Below are positions 1-10,052 of a stretch of DNA of 64,000 nt, piece by piece. Below the pieces are notes generated by a model. That model had not been told where the DNA came from. It made no database searches and saw only the letters and a program-made list of their open reading frames with translations. The stretch lies in NCBI GenBank assembly GCA_963833985.1, contig CAWIAD010000001.1, positions 3,424,001-3,488,000 on the forward strand, given 5' to 3'. Numbering within the stretch: position 1 is the stretch's first letter; each line of letters starts with the position of its first letter. Position numbers and translations under genes: made by a program. The DNA is from an uncultured Planctomycetaceae bacterium (GTDB lineage Bacteria > Planctomycetota > Planctomycetia > Isosphaerales > Isosphaeraceae).

Positions 1-510
1 GGAGACGGCGTCCTGGGTGGAATTACGGCCGGTGCGGAAGATGTAGCGGTTCCACTTATCACCGGTGATCGAGTTGGCGACCGCAGGCTCGACGATGAAA
101 ATCTTCTTGTTGTCCTGCGCGACGGGCAGCATCGCCAGCGCGACGGCCGAACTGGTCCCGCCGACCGCGATGTCGGCGCCGTCGTCGTTATAGGCTTCGT
201 TCAAGAGATTGCGCCCGACATCGGGCTTGGTCTGGCTGTCTTTCTCAATCACGACCAGCTTATGACCGTCGACCATCATCGTTCCGTCAGTCGCGTAGGC
301 AAGTCCCATGGCGAACCCTGCGGAGGTCTGCTTTGCATAAGCCTCGAGCGGCCCGGTCTTGTCGGCAATCAGCGCGATCTTGATGTCGCTTTCGGCGGCA
401 CGTGTTTGCCCCGCCCAGAGTCCCGTAAGCGCCGCACCGAGCGCCACCAGCGTGGCACTGCACACGATCCACCGCCGACCGCCGCTGTTTGCGCATTGTC
501 CGTGGTTCAT
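1..510 (-). CDS. ABC transporter substrate-binding protein (branched-chain amino acid/aromatic-acid binding family); N-terminal part only, runs off the window edge
   Basis: Manual translation from ATG at 510: MNHGQCANSGGRRWIVCSATLVALGAALTGLWAGQTRAAESDIKIALIADKTGPLEAYAKQ...VIEKDSQTKPDVG...AVGGTSSAVALAMLPVAQDNKKIFIVEPAVANSITGDKWNRYIFRTGRNSTQDA; signal peptide plus PBP type-1 motifs. Not in the ORF track. Confidence 0.85.
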   Translation of the reverse strand, partial: MNHGQCANSGGRRWIVCSATLVALGAALTGLWAGQTRAAESDIKIALIADKTGPLEAYAKQTSAGFAMGLAYATDGTMMVDGHKLVVIEKDSQTKPDVGRNLLNEAYNDDGADIAVGGTSSAVALAMLPVAQDNKKIFIVEPAVANSITGDKWNRYIFRTGRNSTQDAVS

Positions 511-742
511 GCCGATACTGGACTGCCGAAACCCTGCACGCATTTTGAACTCCCTTTTGGCCGAGCATGCCGATCGAGGGTCGTCGGGAACGCCATTTTG
601 AATGAAGCCAGTGCGATCGCGTCCCGGCCCTTACGCCCGAGAATGCAAGCTTGATCTAAATCAGCGTGACGCACAAGCCTGATCGGCGCCAGGGCGTTGC
701 GGCTGCGCGCATTCCTGACCGCCAAAGCCGATCCAACAACAA

Positions 743-1301
743 TCACGGATCGAGTTCGGTGTCCCAATAGAGATAGTCGAGCCAGCTGTCGTGCAGGTAG
801 TTGGGGGGAAACAGCCGGCCGTTGCGATGCAAGTGCTGCACGCTCGGCTGGAAGGGCCGTTGCGACGGCCACATTTTCGAACTCGTCCGGCGTCAGGTTG
901 CCCTTCCTGAGATTGCAGGGCGAGCAGGCTGCGACGACGTTGCTCCAGGTTGTGTGTCCGCCGCGCGAACGTGGCAGCAGATGATCGAACGTCAGGTCGT
1001 CTCGTGCGCCGCAATACTGGCAGGCGAAGCGGTCGCGGAGGAACACGTTGAACCGCGTGAACGCTGGGTGCGTCGACGGCTTCACGTAGGTCTTGAGTGA
1101 CACCACGCTCGGCAGCTTCATTTCGAGGCTGGGGCTGTGAACGGCGCGGTCGTAATTGGCGACGATATTCACGCGGTCGAGAAAGACCGCCTTGATCGCG
1201 TCCTGCCACGACCACAGCGAGAGGGGATAGTAACTCAGCGGGCGAAAATCCGCGTTCAAGACCAGCGCCGGAAAGCCCGATGGCGATACTTGAGCGTTCA
1301 A
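743..1301 (-). CDS. HNH endonuclease family protein (frameshift near 880)
   Basis: ALVLNADFRPLSYYPLSLWSWQ...RFNVFLRDRFACQYCG...LTFDHLLPRSRGG...NVVAACSPCNLRKG; C-terminus MWPSQRPFQPS...FPPNYLHDSWLDYLYWDTELDP* lies in another frame. Confidence 0.85.
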
Positions 1302-1562
1302 GACCGTTCCTACCCAACTCACATGCCGCACCGCGGCGTCGGGTACTAGTTTATAGGTAGGCGTGACAGGATTGTGAAGCCCGCCCCGCGGCTTAGGCGG
1401 AGGCGCATTTTTGCTGGCGCTCTCCGAGACACCAATCGCGGGTCGGCGGGCCAGCGGCCATAATCGCTGGGCAGGTGGGCCACGACGTGGATGGAGGACG
1501 AGCCAGCGATTGCCCAGCCGCGCGCGTATTCAAGGCCGCGCCCGCCCGTCGTGGCATTCCGC

Positions 1563-2231
1563 TTAACGCGGCAAATTCCGCGCGAGGAATTCGCCGCCGT
1601 GGCGAAGCCCTTCGGGGTCGATGCCGTGGCCGAGGCCGGCGGACAAGTGCCATTCCACCGGTACGCCGAGCGCCGCGAGCCCCTGGGTCGCCTGAAATAA
1701 TGCCTGCGACGGAATGAGTTCGTCGCGCTCGCCGTGCACCAGAAGCACCGGCGGACGCGACGTGATTTCCGCGGCGACGGTTTCCGGATTGCCGTCGGGC
1801 GGCAGCACCAGCAGCCCCGAATAGCCGACGATCGCGGCAGGCGCGACCGCGCGCCGCAGGCCTACATGCAGGGACATCATGGTGCCCTGGCTGAAGCCGA
1901 CCAGCGCCAGCGCGGACGGCGGCAAGCCGAGACGGGTGAGTTCGGCGTCGATGAAGCGTTCCAGTGCCGGCGCCGCCTTGTTGACGCCGACCCAGCGTTC
2001 GTTCGGATCGCGAAACGTCAACGCGAACCATTGCCGTCCAACCGGCGCCTGCCCGCACGGCTCGGGAGCGTGCGGCGAAACGAATGCGGCATGCGGCAGG
2101 AATTGTTGCCAGACCCGGCCGATCTCGATGAGGTCGTTACCGTCGGCGCCGTAGCCATGAAGGAACACGACAAGCTGTCGCGCAGTTCCGGAGTGCGGCG
2201 AAAGCCGCGGACCATCGAGTTCAGCGGCCAT
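1563..2231 (-). CDS. Alpha/beta hydrolase (phospholipase/carboxylesterase family)
   Basis: LVVFLHGYGADGNDL, GFSQG nucleophile elbow, HGERDELI, GLGHGI catalytic His. Confidence 0.9.
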   Translation of the reverse strand: MAAELDGPRLSPHSGTARQLVVFLHGYGADGNDLIEIGRVWQQFLPHAAFVSPHAPEPCGQAPVGRQWFALTFRDPNERWVGVNKAAPALERFIDAELTRLGLPPSALALVGFSQGTMMSLHVGLRRAVAPAAIVGYSGLLVLPPDGNPETVAAEITSRPPVLLVHGERDELIPSQALFQATQGLAALGVPVEWHLSAGLGHGIDPEGLRHGGEFLARNLPR

Positions 2232-2313
2232 GCATTTTCCCGTGCGCTCCGGCGTCGCTCGTCGCGAGCGTGATGGGCTTCGCTTTAGCCGGGGCAGCGA
2301 GCGCCTGTCTACG

Positions 2314-4513
2314 TCAGAATGCGCCGTGGATACGGCCAGCGAATACATTCGCGGGTCCGCGTTGGGTATTGTAGGCCGGGTTGATGATGAATTGGTAATC
2401 GGCGGAGACTTTCAGGGAGGGGGTCAACGCGTAGCTGTAGTAGGCCTCGATGAGATCCTCGAGGCCGGGGTTCGGCAATGCTCCGTCGCCGATCAGGAGT
2501 CCGAGACCGCCGGCATTGAAGTAGGCTTGGTGCACGGGGGCAATGCCGTTGACCACGCCGGCGATGCCGATCGTGTCGTCGGGGCGGCCCCACTGCGTGC
2601 CGGCGATCGAGACGCCAGCCTGTATCGTGCGGTCGATATCGGCGAAATCCCACGGTTCGATGGCGCCGTCGGCCCAACCGGCGCGGGCGAATACACCGAC
2701 GCTGTCGTTGACCTGCTGCTCCAGGTTGAGGCTCACGCCGGTCCGGTTCCGGTAAATGCGCACTGACGCCAGCGCGTTGCTGGGGTCGCCGGCAAACGGC
2801 TGGCCGGGCTGCGATAGATTGATCGCGTCCTGGAAATCCCCCGCGCGACCGTGGCTGAGGAAGCCGGTTACCTTGAGCTTTCCCGGTTGTCCCCAAAGCT
2901 CATGCCGTTCTTCGATTTCGCCGACATATTGCAATTGAGTGAAACCCGGATCGAGACCGTAGGCGAACTGGTTCATCCCGCCGCCCGCCGGCGTCGCCGA
3001 AAGATCGAACACGCCACCGCGGAATGCGAAGCGGCCCTGATACCACTCGGCGGCGGCGCCGTAGCTGTAGCCCCACGCGTCGCCGGCATAATCGAATGTG
3101 CCGGCATTGATGAGTGACCAGTTGAGGAAGTCCGCCTTCGGATTGTTGGCGTATCTGTTGGTGTCGAAGATGTCGACGATGGCGAACTTGCCGACTGTCA
3201 GCACGAGGCGGTTCTCCGTTACCGAACCGGCGAACTGGTTGATGTCGGCGTCCAGCTTCTGCGTCGCGCCGCCGAGATCGATGGTCTGGCGGACGAAATA
3301 ACGCTGCACGCGGGCATAAGGATCGTTTGTGCCGAGCTTGTAAGCCTCGCCGCTCGGAAATCCGGCCGACGCCGTGCGTGTCGCCGATGCCAAAGCCCTG
3401 ATCGAGCTCCGGATTGACCCAGAGCTCGGCACCCTGCCAAAGCCGCAGGCCGGCGAAGAGCGTTGCATCCGCCGTCTCGCGCGCTTGGCCGCCGTGTGGA
3501 AGGCTGTTGGGACCTTCAAATGGCGACCGGATCGACGGATAGCCCTGCCAGACAAACGTCGACTGGCCATGGAAATTGACCAGGTCCGGGTCCTCCACGG
3601 CCTTGGCTTTGGTGACCATGGCGGCCCCGTAGGCCGGCACCGCGTCGTTGTTGAACTGATAATTCACGCCGACGCGGACTTCTTGCAGCGTGAAGTCGGA
3701 ATTGAACGGCTGCGCGCCGGCAAAGAACGCGGTGTTTTTGTTGCCGTAATCGGTGAACAGATATTCCGCCCGCGCGGTCCAGTGCGGCGCAATCGGCACC
3801 TCGACGCCGGCTCCCGCGGTCCAGCCCAGCCGCCACACGAACGGCGTCTCGGTGTTGCCGGTAGAGACCTGGGTGAGCGACTGATGATCGTAGGTCCAGG
3901 CGAAACCGCCGGTCGCATAGAACAGCCAGCTACCGGGAGCATAACCGATGCGGCCCCGCACCGTGCCGGACTCCAGTACCGTTTCGGCAAAACTCGCGGC
4001 GCCAAGCGTCGGCGACACAAATGCCGAACTGCCGCCAATAGAGACGCCGAACGGATTTACGCCGGTCGGCAGCGTTGGCCAGGCCGGGAACGATGCATCA
4101 ACCTCGCCACCGATGAGAACCCGGTTGGGCAGCATATAATTGTAGCCACCCTGAACCCCGGCGAAGAAGCTGCCGCCTTCGTTGAAGGTGTCGAGTGTTT
4201 GAAACAGATTGGTCGAGCCGTTGATGCCGGGACCCGCCGACCAATTCGAGCTTCCCCACGCCACGCCGAGGTGACCGCCGACATAAAATCCGGTCCAGTT
4301 GTAGGCAGGCGAATTGCTGAAGGGAATCGCCGGAGCCTTCGTCACCATGGTGTCGTCGGCCGCGGCGCTTCCGGCAAACATGATGGCGGCGGCAGAGGTC
4401 GCCAGCCAAAGCTTTAGCGATGGGCGCGGTATGACGGCTGCGCGCATCGGCATTTTGCCGATCTTCGGGCGGGTGAAAGTCCTGTTCGATAGAATCCGTA
4501 CCAAGTCAGCCAT
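2314..4513 (-). CDS. Outer-membrane protein: Omp25-like beta-barrel fused to an OprB/MnoP-type porin domain (frameshift near 3370)
   Basis: N-part: signal peptide, YNWTGFYVGGHLG, TVRGRIGYA, GWTAGAGVE, VRVGVNYQF. C-part: FHGQSTFVWQGYP, PELDQGFG, AGFPSGEAYK, FDYAGDAWGY, DYQFIINPAYN...GRIHGAF (terminal Phe). Start codon uncertain. Confidence 0.8.
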
Positions 4514-4605
4514 CGCGGCCCCCATCCGTGTGACAACTTGCTCCGTCACCACAGCGGAAGCCCGCCCCAATCGCGCACCCCGCACGCCGGAAAGGATGAC
4601 TTCTG

Positions 4606-4805
4606 TTCAGGCAGGTCTCCTGGCTCGCGGATCCTCATCCTTCTCCGCCTTCCCAGCCTTTGCACCGCAAAGGCCAGTGGCATCTGAGAGAAGGACTCAC
4701 CGCCAACAGTTGCGGGGGCAGCTCCAGATTTGGCCCGTCGCCGAAACGGCGAGCCGCACCGAATTCCCTCTTGGCTGATCAACGCGATCAGCGCACCTGA
4801 ACGAT
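4606..4805 (-). promoter_or_regulatory. Cobalamin (B12) riboswitch
   Basis: Minus strand reads AGGTGCG...AAGAGGGAATTCGGTG...AAATCTGGAGCTGCCCCCGCAACTGT...GCCACTGG...CTGGGAAGGCG...GAGCCAGGAGACCTGCCTGAAC, containing all hallmark B12-element motifs including the B12 box. Confidence 0.95.
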
Positions 4806-4809
4806 GAGA

Positions 4810-4838
4810 ATTCAACGACCGAATGTTGTTCGTGTCAA
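4810..4838 (-). promoter_or_regulatory. Candidate sigma70 promoter for the riboswitch/porin transcript
   Basis: Minus strand TTGACA-N17-TTGAAT, ending just before the riboswitch 5' end. Confidence 0.5.
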
Positions 4839-5161
4839 TCCGCCGAAAAGTTTTTTGATGCGCGTTGTTGCAATCCGGCCACGCTTCCGCCCCCGGCGAC
4901 TGTCTCAAAGTCGCCGCGTCATACGGCCGCCGATTGGGACTCTTCCAGAAGGGCATCCAAATGCTCTCATTAACCATCGGCGTTATTATGTAGCCAATGC
5001 TACAATTCGACCCATTCGTCAAGGCGTGAAGCGAAGCCGAGCGGGAACAGCTGCTATCGCCTGCCGGCGAGAAATAGATTCAAAAAAGCGAGAAATTCTT
5101 GCGCGCCCCGATTGACCGGAAAGATCAAGCAGGCGACCGAAAGCAACGTCAACGTCTATGT

Positions 5162-5178
5162 TTTAGAATTACTGTAGA
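5162..5178. promoter_or_regulatory. Possible isolated ICE (Irr box)
   Basis: TTTAGAA-TTA-CTGTAGA; perfect left arm of TTTAGAA-N3-TTCTAAA, degenerate right arm. Confidence 0.35.
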
Positions 5179-5552
5179 CTTGAGTTCGCGGCTCAGTCTT
5201 GAAAGTAAAATGGTTCGCAATCTGTAAGATCGCGCCAGTGCATCCGCTCGACGCGAGATTCCAGCGCCTGTCCGTGCCGCTTAAGCGAGTCATCGACACC
5301 GGCGCGGTATCGATGCGCCCGTCCCCGTTAGAATGGCGCCAATCACGAAGAGGGTCTGGCTCTCGACCGATACAAATCACAGGCCAATCCAGTGGCGCGA
5401 CCGCGCCGGAGTTTCACCGGCTTCCCCATTTCGCGAAGACAACGGCACGATAGAATTGTCGTTAAAACACAGCGCCAGACTGTCCGCGGCGCGCCACGCA
5501 TCGCGCCTCGCCGGGCCGCCGCATGTCGGTTTAGTCATTGGTACGCCCTTTG

Positions 5553-5639
5553 TTTGAAAGCATTCTAAACTTGAAGATTTAGAATAGTTCAAAACAATTG
5601 TAGTATAGAATGGCTCTAATATTTTGGAATATTTGAATT
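5553..5639. promoter_or_regulatory. Tandem array of 3-4 iron control elements (Irr boxes)
   Basis: TTTGAAA-GCA-TTCTAAA (5553-5569), TTTAGAA-TAG-TTCAAAA (5578-5594), TATAGAA-TGG-CTCTAAT (5604-5620) and a weaker TTTGGAA-TAT-TTGAATT (5623-5639), versus consensus TTTAGAA-N3-TTCTAAA. Confidence 0.75.
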
Positions 5640-5721
5640 TGTACTTGACGCCGGCAGCCGTTGCCGCGCATTCATGGCGGAGTTGCGGCGCAGGGGGTGC
5701 GCCCGCCTTCGCGGGAAAATC

Positions 5722-6627
5722 ATGTCGGGTTTTTTCTGCAATCGCTGTTTGGCGACACGCCTGTTGCTTTGTTTCGCTGTGGCAGCGTTCGTGTTCGCGA
5801 ATCCGCTGCGCGCCGCCGCGCAGAGCGAGAGCGCGTTTCACGAACTTGAAACCAAGTATCTCTTCGGCAGTTTCACCGTCGGCTCGTCGACCGGAATAGA
5901 AGGCGAGAAGGCGATCGAGCCGGACACCCAAGCCAATTTCGGCAAGCGCGGCGGGCGCTACGGGGTGAGCGAGACTGAGCTCGAATTTGAATATACGCCC
6001 AATCAGTACGTCCAGATCGAACTCGGGCCGACGATCTCATACTACAATATCAACGGGGCGCCCGGTCTCGCTGATCGCAACATGGGGACGATCAACGGCC
6101 TCAGCGGCGACTTCAGATTTCTTCTCGTCGAGCGCAATCCTTCGCCGTTCGCCGTTACGCTGTCGGTCGAACCGGAATGGCATGGCCGCGATGAGACGAG
6201 CGGCGTTCCGGTGTCGAATTACGGTCTGGAAACCAAGCTTGAAGCCGATACCGAGATCATCAAGAACCGCTTGTTCCTCGCTTTCAATCTTCTCTACGAG
6301 CCGGAAGGAACGAATTCCTCTCCGGGTTGGACCAACGAATCGACCTTCGGCGCCTCGTCGGCGCTCGCCTTCCAGGTCATTCCCAACGTCGTCATCGGCG
6401 CGGACCTTTGGTATCTGCGCCACTATGAGGGACTGGGGTTCAACTCGTTTACTGGCGATGCCGTTTATTTGGGTCCGACGTTGTTCTGGAAAATCAGCTC
6501 CAAGGTGCTCATGAGCGCGTCTTGGGAGGCCCAGGTCGCAGGCCATGAGGTCGACGTCGCATCCGCCTTCGATCTGACGGATTTTTCCCGCCAGCGGGCA
6601 AGGCTGTTGTTGGAGTTCGAATTCTAG
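5722..6627 (+). CDS. Putative outer-membrane beta-barrel protein
   Basis: Signal peptide, alternating amphipathic strands (ELEFEYTP, VTLSVEPEW, VYLGPTLFW), acidic content, C-terminal LLEFEF BAM-type signal. Confidence 0.7.
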   Translation: MSGFFCNRCLATRLLLCFAVAAFVFANPLRAAAQSESAFHELETKYLFGSFTVGSSTGIEGEKAIEPDTQANFGKRGGRYGVSETELEFEYTPNQYVQIELGPTISYYNINGAPGLADRNMGTINGLSGDFRFLLVERNPSPFAVTLSVEPEWHGRDETSGVPVSNYGLETKLEADTEIIKNRLFLAFNLLYEPEGTNSSPGWTNESTFGASSALAFQVIPNVVIGADLWYLRHYEGLGFNSFTGDAVYLGPTLFWKISSKVLMSASWEAQVAGHEVDVASAFDLTDFSRQRARLLLEFEF

Positions 6628-6674
6628 AATTTCGCCCGGCTTTGGCGGTGATCGCCGATCTGAAGGAGATAACG

Positions 6675-7022
6675 ATGAGAGCGAAATTGACTTGGGAGCG
6701 GACGATCGCCGCCGTGTTGGTGGCGGGCGTCGTGATTGTGGCCGCCGGCGTTGCCGCTCGCGCGGAAGGAGTCGCGATCTCCGTCAAAGGTCATCATTTT
6801 CAGCCGGCCGAAGTCCAAGCGCCGGCAAACAAGCCGCTGGCCCTGCGGGTCAAGAACCTCGATGCGGTGCCGATGGAATTCGAGAGCGTGTCGCTGCGGG
6901 TCGAAAAGGTCATTGCGCCCGGCAGCGAAGGCATTGTCAACGTGCGCGCTTTGGCGCCGGGCCGCTACGAGTTTTTCGATGACTTCCACCAGGAGACGAG
7001 GGGCGTTTTGGTGGTGAAGTAG
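6675..7022 (+). CDS. Cupredoxin-domain protein, FtrB/EfeO-Cup-like
   Basis: RBS AAGGAG; signal peptide; FQPAEV, MEFESVSLRVEKVIAPG, GRYEFFDDFH, GVLVVK. Confidence 0.85.
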   Translation: MRAKLTWERTIAAVLVAGVVIVAAGVAARAEGVAISVKGHHFQPAEVQAPANKPLALRVKNLDAVPMEFESVSLRVEKVIAPGSEGIVNVRALAPGRYEFFDDFHQETRGVLVVK

Positions 7023-7710
7023 CGGGCCGGACGCGGTCTCGCGGTGGCGACCGCTTGGCGGCGGACGATTTTGCCTTTGCTTCGGCGGCGGCGCGATAAT
7101 ACGTCCACAGGATTCTGGCCGCGATTGCCCGCCACGGCCGCCACGGATCCGCCAGCGCCTGCATCTCCTTGGCGGTCGGTCTTGCCGGCAAGCCGAAGGC
7201 GACGCGAGCGGCCTCCTGGAGCGCCAGGTCGCCGGCTGGCCATGCATCGGCGTGACCGAGGCAAGACAGCAGATAGATGTCGGCAGTCCACGGGCCGATG
7301 CCGTGCACGACGGTGAGCGCCGCGTGCGCCTCTTCGGCGGAAAGGTTGCCGAGCGCGGCGAGCGCCAGTTCGTCGCGCTCGACAGCACGCGCGATCGCCT
7401 TGAGCGCGCGAATTTTGGGCGCCGACAGCCCGAGCCGCGCCAGCCGCGCCGGACGGGCGCGCAGGATGGCCGCGGGTTCGAGCGGATCGAATGCTGCGGC
7501 AAGCCGTCCCCAGATGGCATTCGCGCTGGCGGTCGAAAGCTGCTGTGCCACAATGATGGCGGCAAGACCGGGAAAACCATCCGGCCGCCGCCGCAACGGC
7601 GGCCGCCCAGCTTGGGCTACCAGCGCGGTAAATCGCGGATCGGCTTTCCCGATCGCCGCCAATGCGGCATCGAGATCGGCTTCGGTGTGGATATGAGTGT
7701 GCCTCGTCAT
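6937..7710 (-). CDS. DNA-3-methyladenine glycosylase II (AlkA family)
   Basis: IIVAQQLSTASA, HhH-GPD motif VHGIGPWTADIYLL...DAWPAGDLAL, WRPWRAIAARILW; the 3' end overlaps the cupredoxin gene and is uncertain. Confidence 0.85.
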   Translation of the reverse strand: MTRHTHIHTEADLDAALAAIGKADPRFTALVAQAGRPPLRRRPDGFPGLAAIIVAQQLSTASANAIWGRLAAAFDPLEPAAILRARPARLARLGLSAPKIRALKAIARAVERDELALAALGNLSAEEAHAALTVVHGIGPWTADIYLLSCLGHADAWPAGDLALQEAARVAFGLPARPTAKEMQALADPWRPWRAIAARILWTYYRAAAEAKAKSSAAKRSPPRDRVRPATSPPKRPSSPGGSHRKTRSGPAPKRAR

Positions 7711-7816
7711 GTCCGGTCGTCCTACAGGCTGTATGCGAAACGCGAACGGTAAGCTTACCTGATGGAGGTGAGCTGCCGTCATTAGTCGATCTTGCCGATC
7801 ACGGAAGCAATCGCCG

Positions 7817-8691
7817 ATGTACACGCGCATCTTTCGCTTCGCGCCAAGTCCGAACGGCTATCTGCATCTCGGCCATGCCTATTCGGCTTTGCTGAACTAC
7901 GACATGGCGCGCGAGGTCGGCGGGAGGCTTCTCCTGCGCATCGAGGACATCGACGCTTCACGCTGCCGGCCGGAATACGAGGCGGCAATCTACGAGGACC
8001 TCGCCTGGCTCGGTCTTTCCTGGCAACCCGCGGTGCGGCGGCAGAGCGAGCATTTTGACGACTACGCAGCTGCCCTGGCCAAACTCGAAGCGACGGGGCT
8101 TGTCTATCCGAGTTTCGAGAGCCGCAGCGAGATCAGTGCGCTGGTCGCCGAGCGCGATCGGCAGGGTCATTGGCCGCGCGATCCCGACGGCGTCCCGCTT
8201 TACCCGGGCCGGGCCCGCAAAATGCAACGGGCCGAACGCGAACGCCGGCGGCACGAGAATGAACCGTTCACGCTGAGGCTCGCCATGGACGCGGCGGTGG
8301 CGCGTGCCGGCGTGCTGACCTGGACCGAAACCGGCACCGGTCCGCAGGGCCAGTCCGGCATCGTCGCCGCGGCGCCGCAGATGTGGGGCGATGTCGTGCT
8401 TGCTCGCAAGGAAGTGCCGACGAGCTATCACCTTGCGGTCGCCCTCGACGACGCGCTCCAGGGCGTGACGGAGGTGGTGCGCGGACAGGATTTGTTCTGG
8501 TCGACCAGCATTCACCGGATGTTGCAGGCGCTGCTCGGGCTGCCGGAGCCGATCTACCATCATCATAAGATCATTCTTGACGGGGCGGCCGCAAGCTGTC
8601 GAAATCCACGTTGGCGACGAGCTTGCGCGAGTTGCGCGCCACCGGCGCGACGGCGGCGGACATCAGGCGCATGGTGGGGCTTGGTCGTTAA
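7817..8691 (+). CDS. gluQ: tRNA glutamyl-Q(34) synthetase (frameshift near 8585)
   Basis: RFAPSPNGYLHLGH, LLRIEDID, SYHLAVALDD, VVRGQDL; the GRKLSKS...IRRMVGLGR* tail is in another frame; short, lacks an anticodon-binding domain. Confidence 0.88.
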
Positions 8692-8757
8692 AGCTTTGGT
8701 CTTTGTCGTTAAAGGCTTGGTCTTTGTCGTTAAAGGCTTGGTCTTTAAAGACTTTGG
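8684..8757. repeat. 21-bp tandem repeat (3 copies plus partial) spanning the gluQ stop codon
   Basis: GTCGTTAAAG(C/G)(T/C)TTGGTCTTT at 8684, 8705 and 8726. Confidence 0.9.
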
Positions 8758-8823
8758 CCACTAATTCGCGATCCCGCGCTTGTTTTGTTTGATCCGCATG
8801 GCATGCTGAACGGCGGGGCAGCC

Positions 8824-10044
8824 ATGGCGCGTCTGAAAACGAGCAAAAAAAAGTCCGCGGCCGAGCCGGCGCGGCGCCGGCCGCCGCGGCGCGTGTCACC
8901 TGCCCGCGTGACCGAAGCTTCGCTCGTCGCCTACGCGCACGACATCCGCACCACGCTCACCGGCATCCTCGCGCTCGGCGAGCTATTGGCAAGCTCCAAT
9001 CTCGGCGAGCGCGAGCGGCGCTGGGCTTCCGACATCAAGGCGAGCGCCGAGCATCTGGCTTCGCTCACGACGCTGATGATCGACGCGGCCAAGGCGGACG
9101 CCGGGTCGCTGATCCTCAGGGAGGAGGTTTTCCGTCCGCGCCGTCTTATCGACGTGCTGGCGGGTTTGCTTTCCTCGCGCGCGGAAACGAAGAGCCTTAC
9201 CGCGGCGGTGACGGTCGCGGACGCTTTGCCGGAGATGTTGGTCGGCGACGCGGTGCGGTTGCGGGCGGCGCTGGAAAATCTCATCGACAATGCGGTGAAG
9301 TTCACGGAGCGCGGCTCGGTACGCATCGATGTTAGCGCGGCGCCTGCGCCTCGCGGGCGCGTCAAGCTCGCGTTTACCGTCACCGACAGCGGCATCGGCC
9401 TGACGCCCGCCGAGATCAGGCGTCTGTGCCGCCCGTTCACGCAAGCGAATGCGGATATCGCTCGCCGCTACGGCGGCACCGGGCTTGGACTGGCCGTGGT
9501 CAAGGTGCTCGCGAAGCGGATGGGTGGCGATCTGAGCATCACCAGCAGGCATGGCCGTGGTTCGTCGTTTCGTTTTTCGGCAGTGCTTTCGCTCGCCGCC
9601 AAAGATGCAGCCGAAAATGCGCCGGAGCGGCGGCCGGCGGCTCTGCTGCGGAGGCTTGCCGTCCTTTGCGTCGAGGACAATCCCTACGGTCGGGTCATTC
9701 TCAACACCATTCTCACCGAACTCGGGCATCGCGCCGACTTCGCCGGCTCGGGCGAGGAAGCGGTCGCGGCGGTGACGCGCGGTTACGACGCGGTGCTGAT
9801 GGATATGACACTTCCGGGGATCGACGGGCTGGAGGCGACACGCCGAATTCGCGCGCTGGCCGGCCGCTCGGGGCAAACAGCGATCATCGGCATTTCCGGG
9901 CGCACCGAAGCCGACGACGAGAGCGCCGCGCGATCTGCCGGAATGAATGTCTACCTGCGGAAGCCGTTGAGCCCGAGCGCACTCAGTGAAGCGCTCGCGG
10001 CGGTGGTGCCGGCCGCTCCTGCGGCGCACGATCCCGAAAAGTAG
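8824..10044 (+). CDS. Hybrid histidine kinase/response regulator without an obvious sensor domain
   Basis: H-box AHDIRTTLTGI, N-box NLIDNAVKFT, DSGIG, GGTGLGL; receiver VEDN...LMDMTLPGIDG...LRKP. Confidence 0.9.
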   Translation: MARLKTSKKKSAAEPARRRPPRRVSPARVTEASLVAYAHDIRTTLTGILALGELLASSNLGERERRWASDIKASAEHLASLTTLMIDAAKADAGSLILREEVFRPRRLIDVLAGLLSSRAETKSLTAAVTVADALPEMLVGDAVRLRAALENLIDNAVKFTERGSVRIDVSAAPAPRGRVKLAFTVTDSGIGLTPAEIRRLCRPFTQANADIARRYGGTGLGLAVVKVLAKRMGGDLSITSRHGRGSSFRFSAVLSLAAKDAAENAPERRPAALLRRLAVLCVEDNPYGRVILNTILTELGHRADFAGSGEEAVAAVTRGYDAVLMDMTLPGIDGLEATRRIRALAGRSGQTAIIGISGRTEADDESAARSAGMNVYLRKPLSPSALSEALAAVVPAAPAAHDPEK

Positions 10045-10052
10045 CGCAGGCT

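Noticed and set aside
743..1301. HNH gene as a defence or mobile nuclease
   Set aside because: It resembles the common stand-alone alphaproteobacterial HNH protein; no methylase, repeats or intron context.
4840..5550. ORFs in the long intergenic region between the two porin genes
   Set aside because: Short, no RBS or motifs; treated as regulatory or non-coding.
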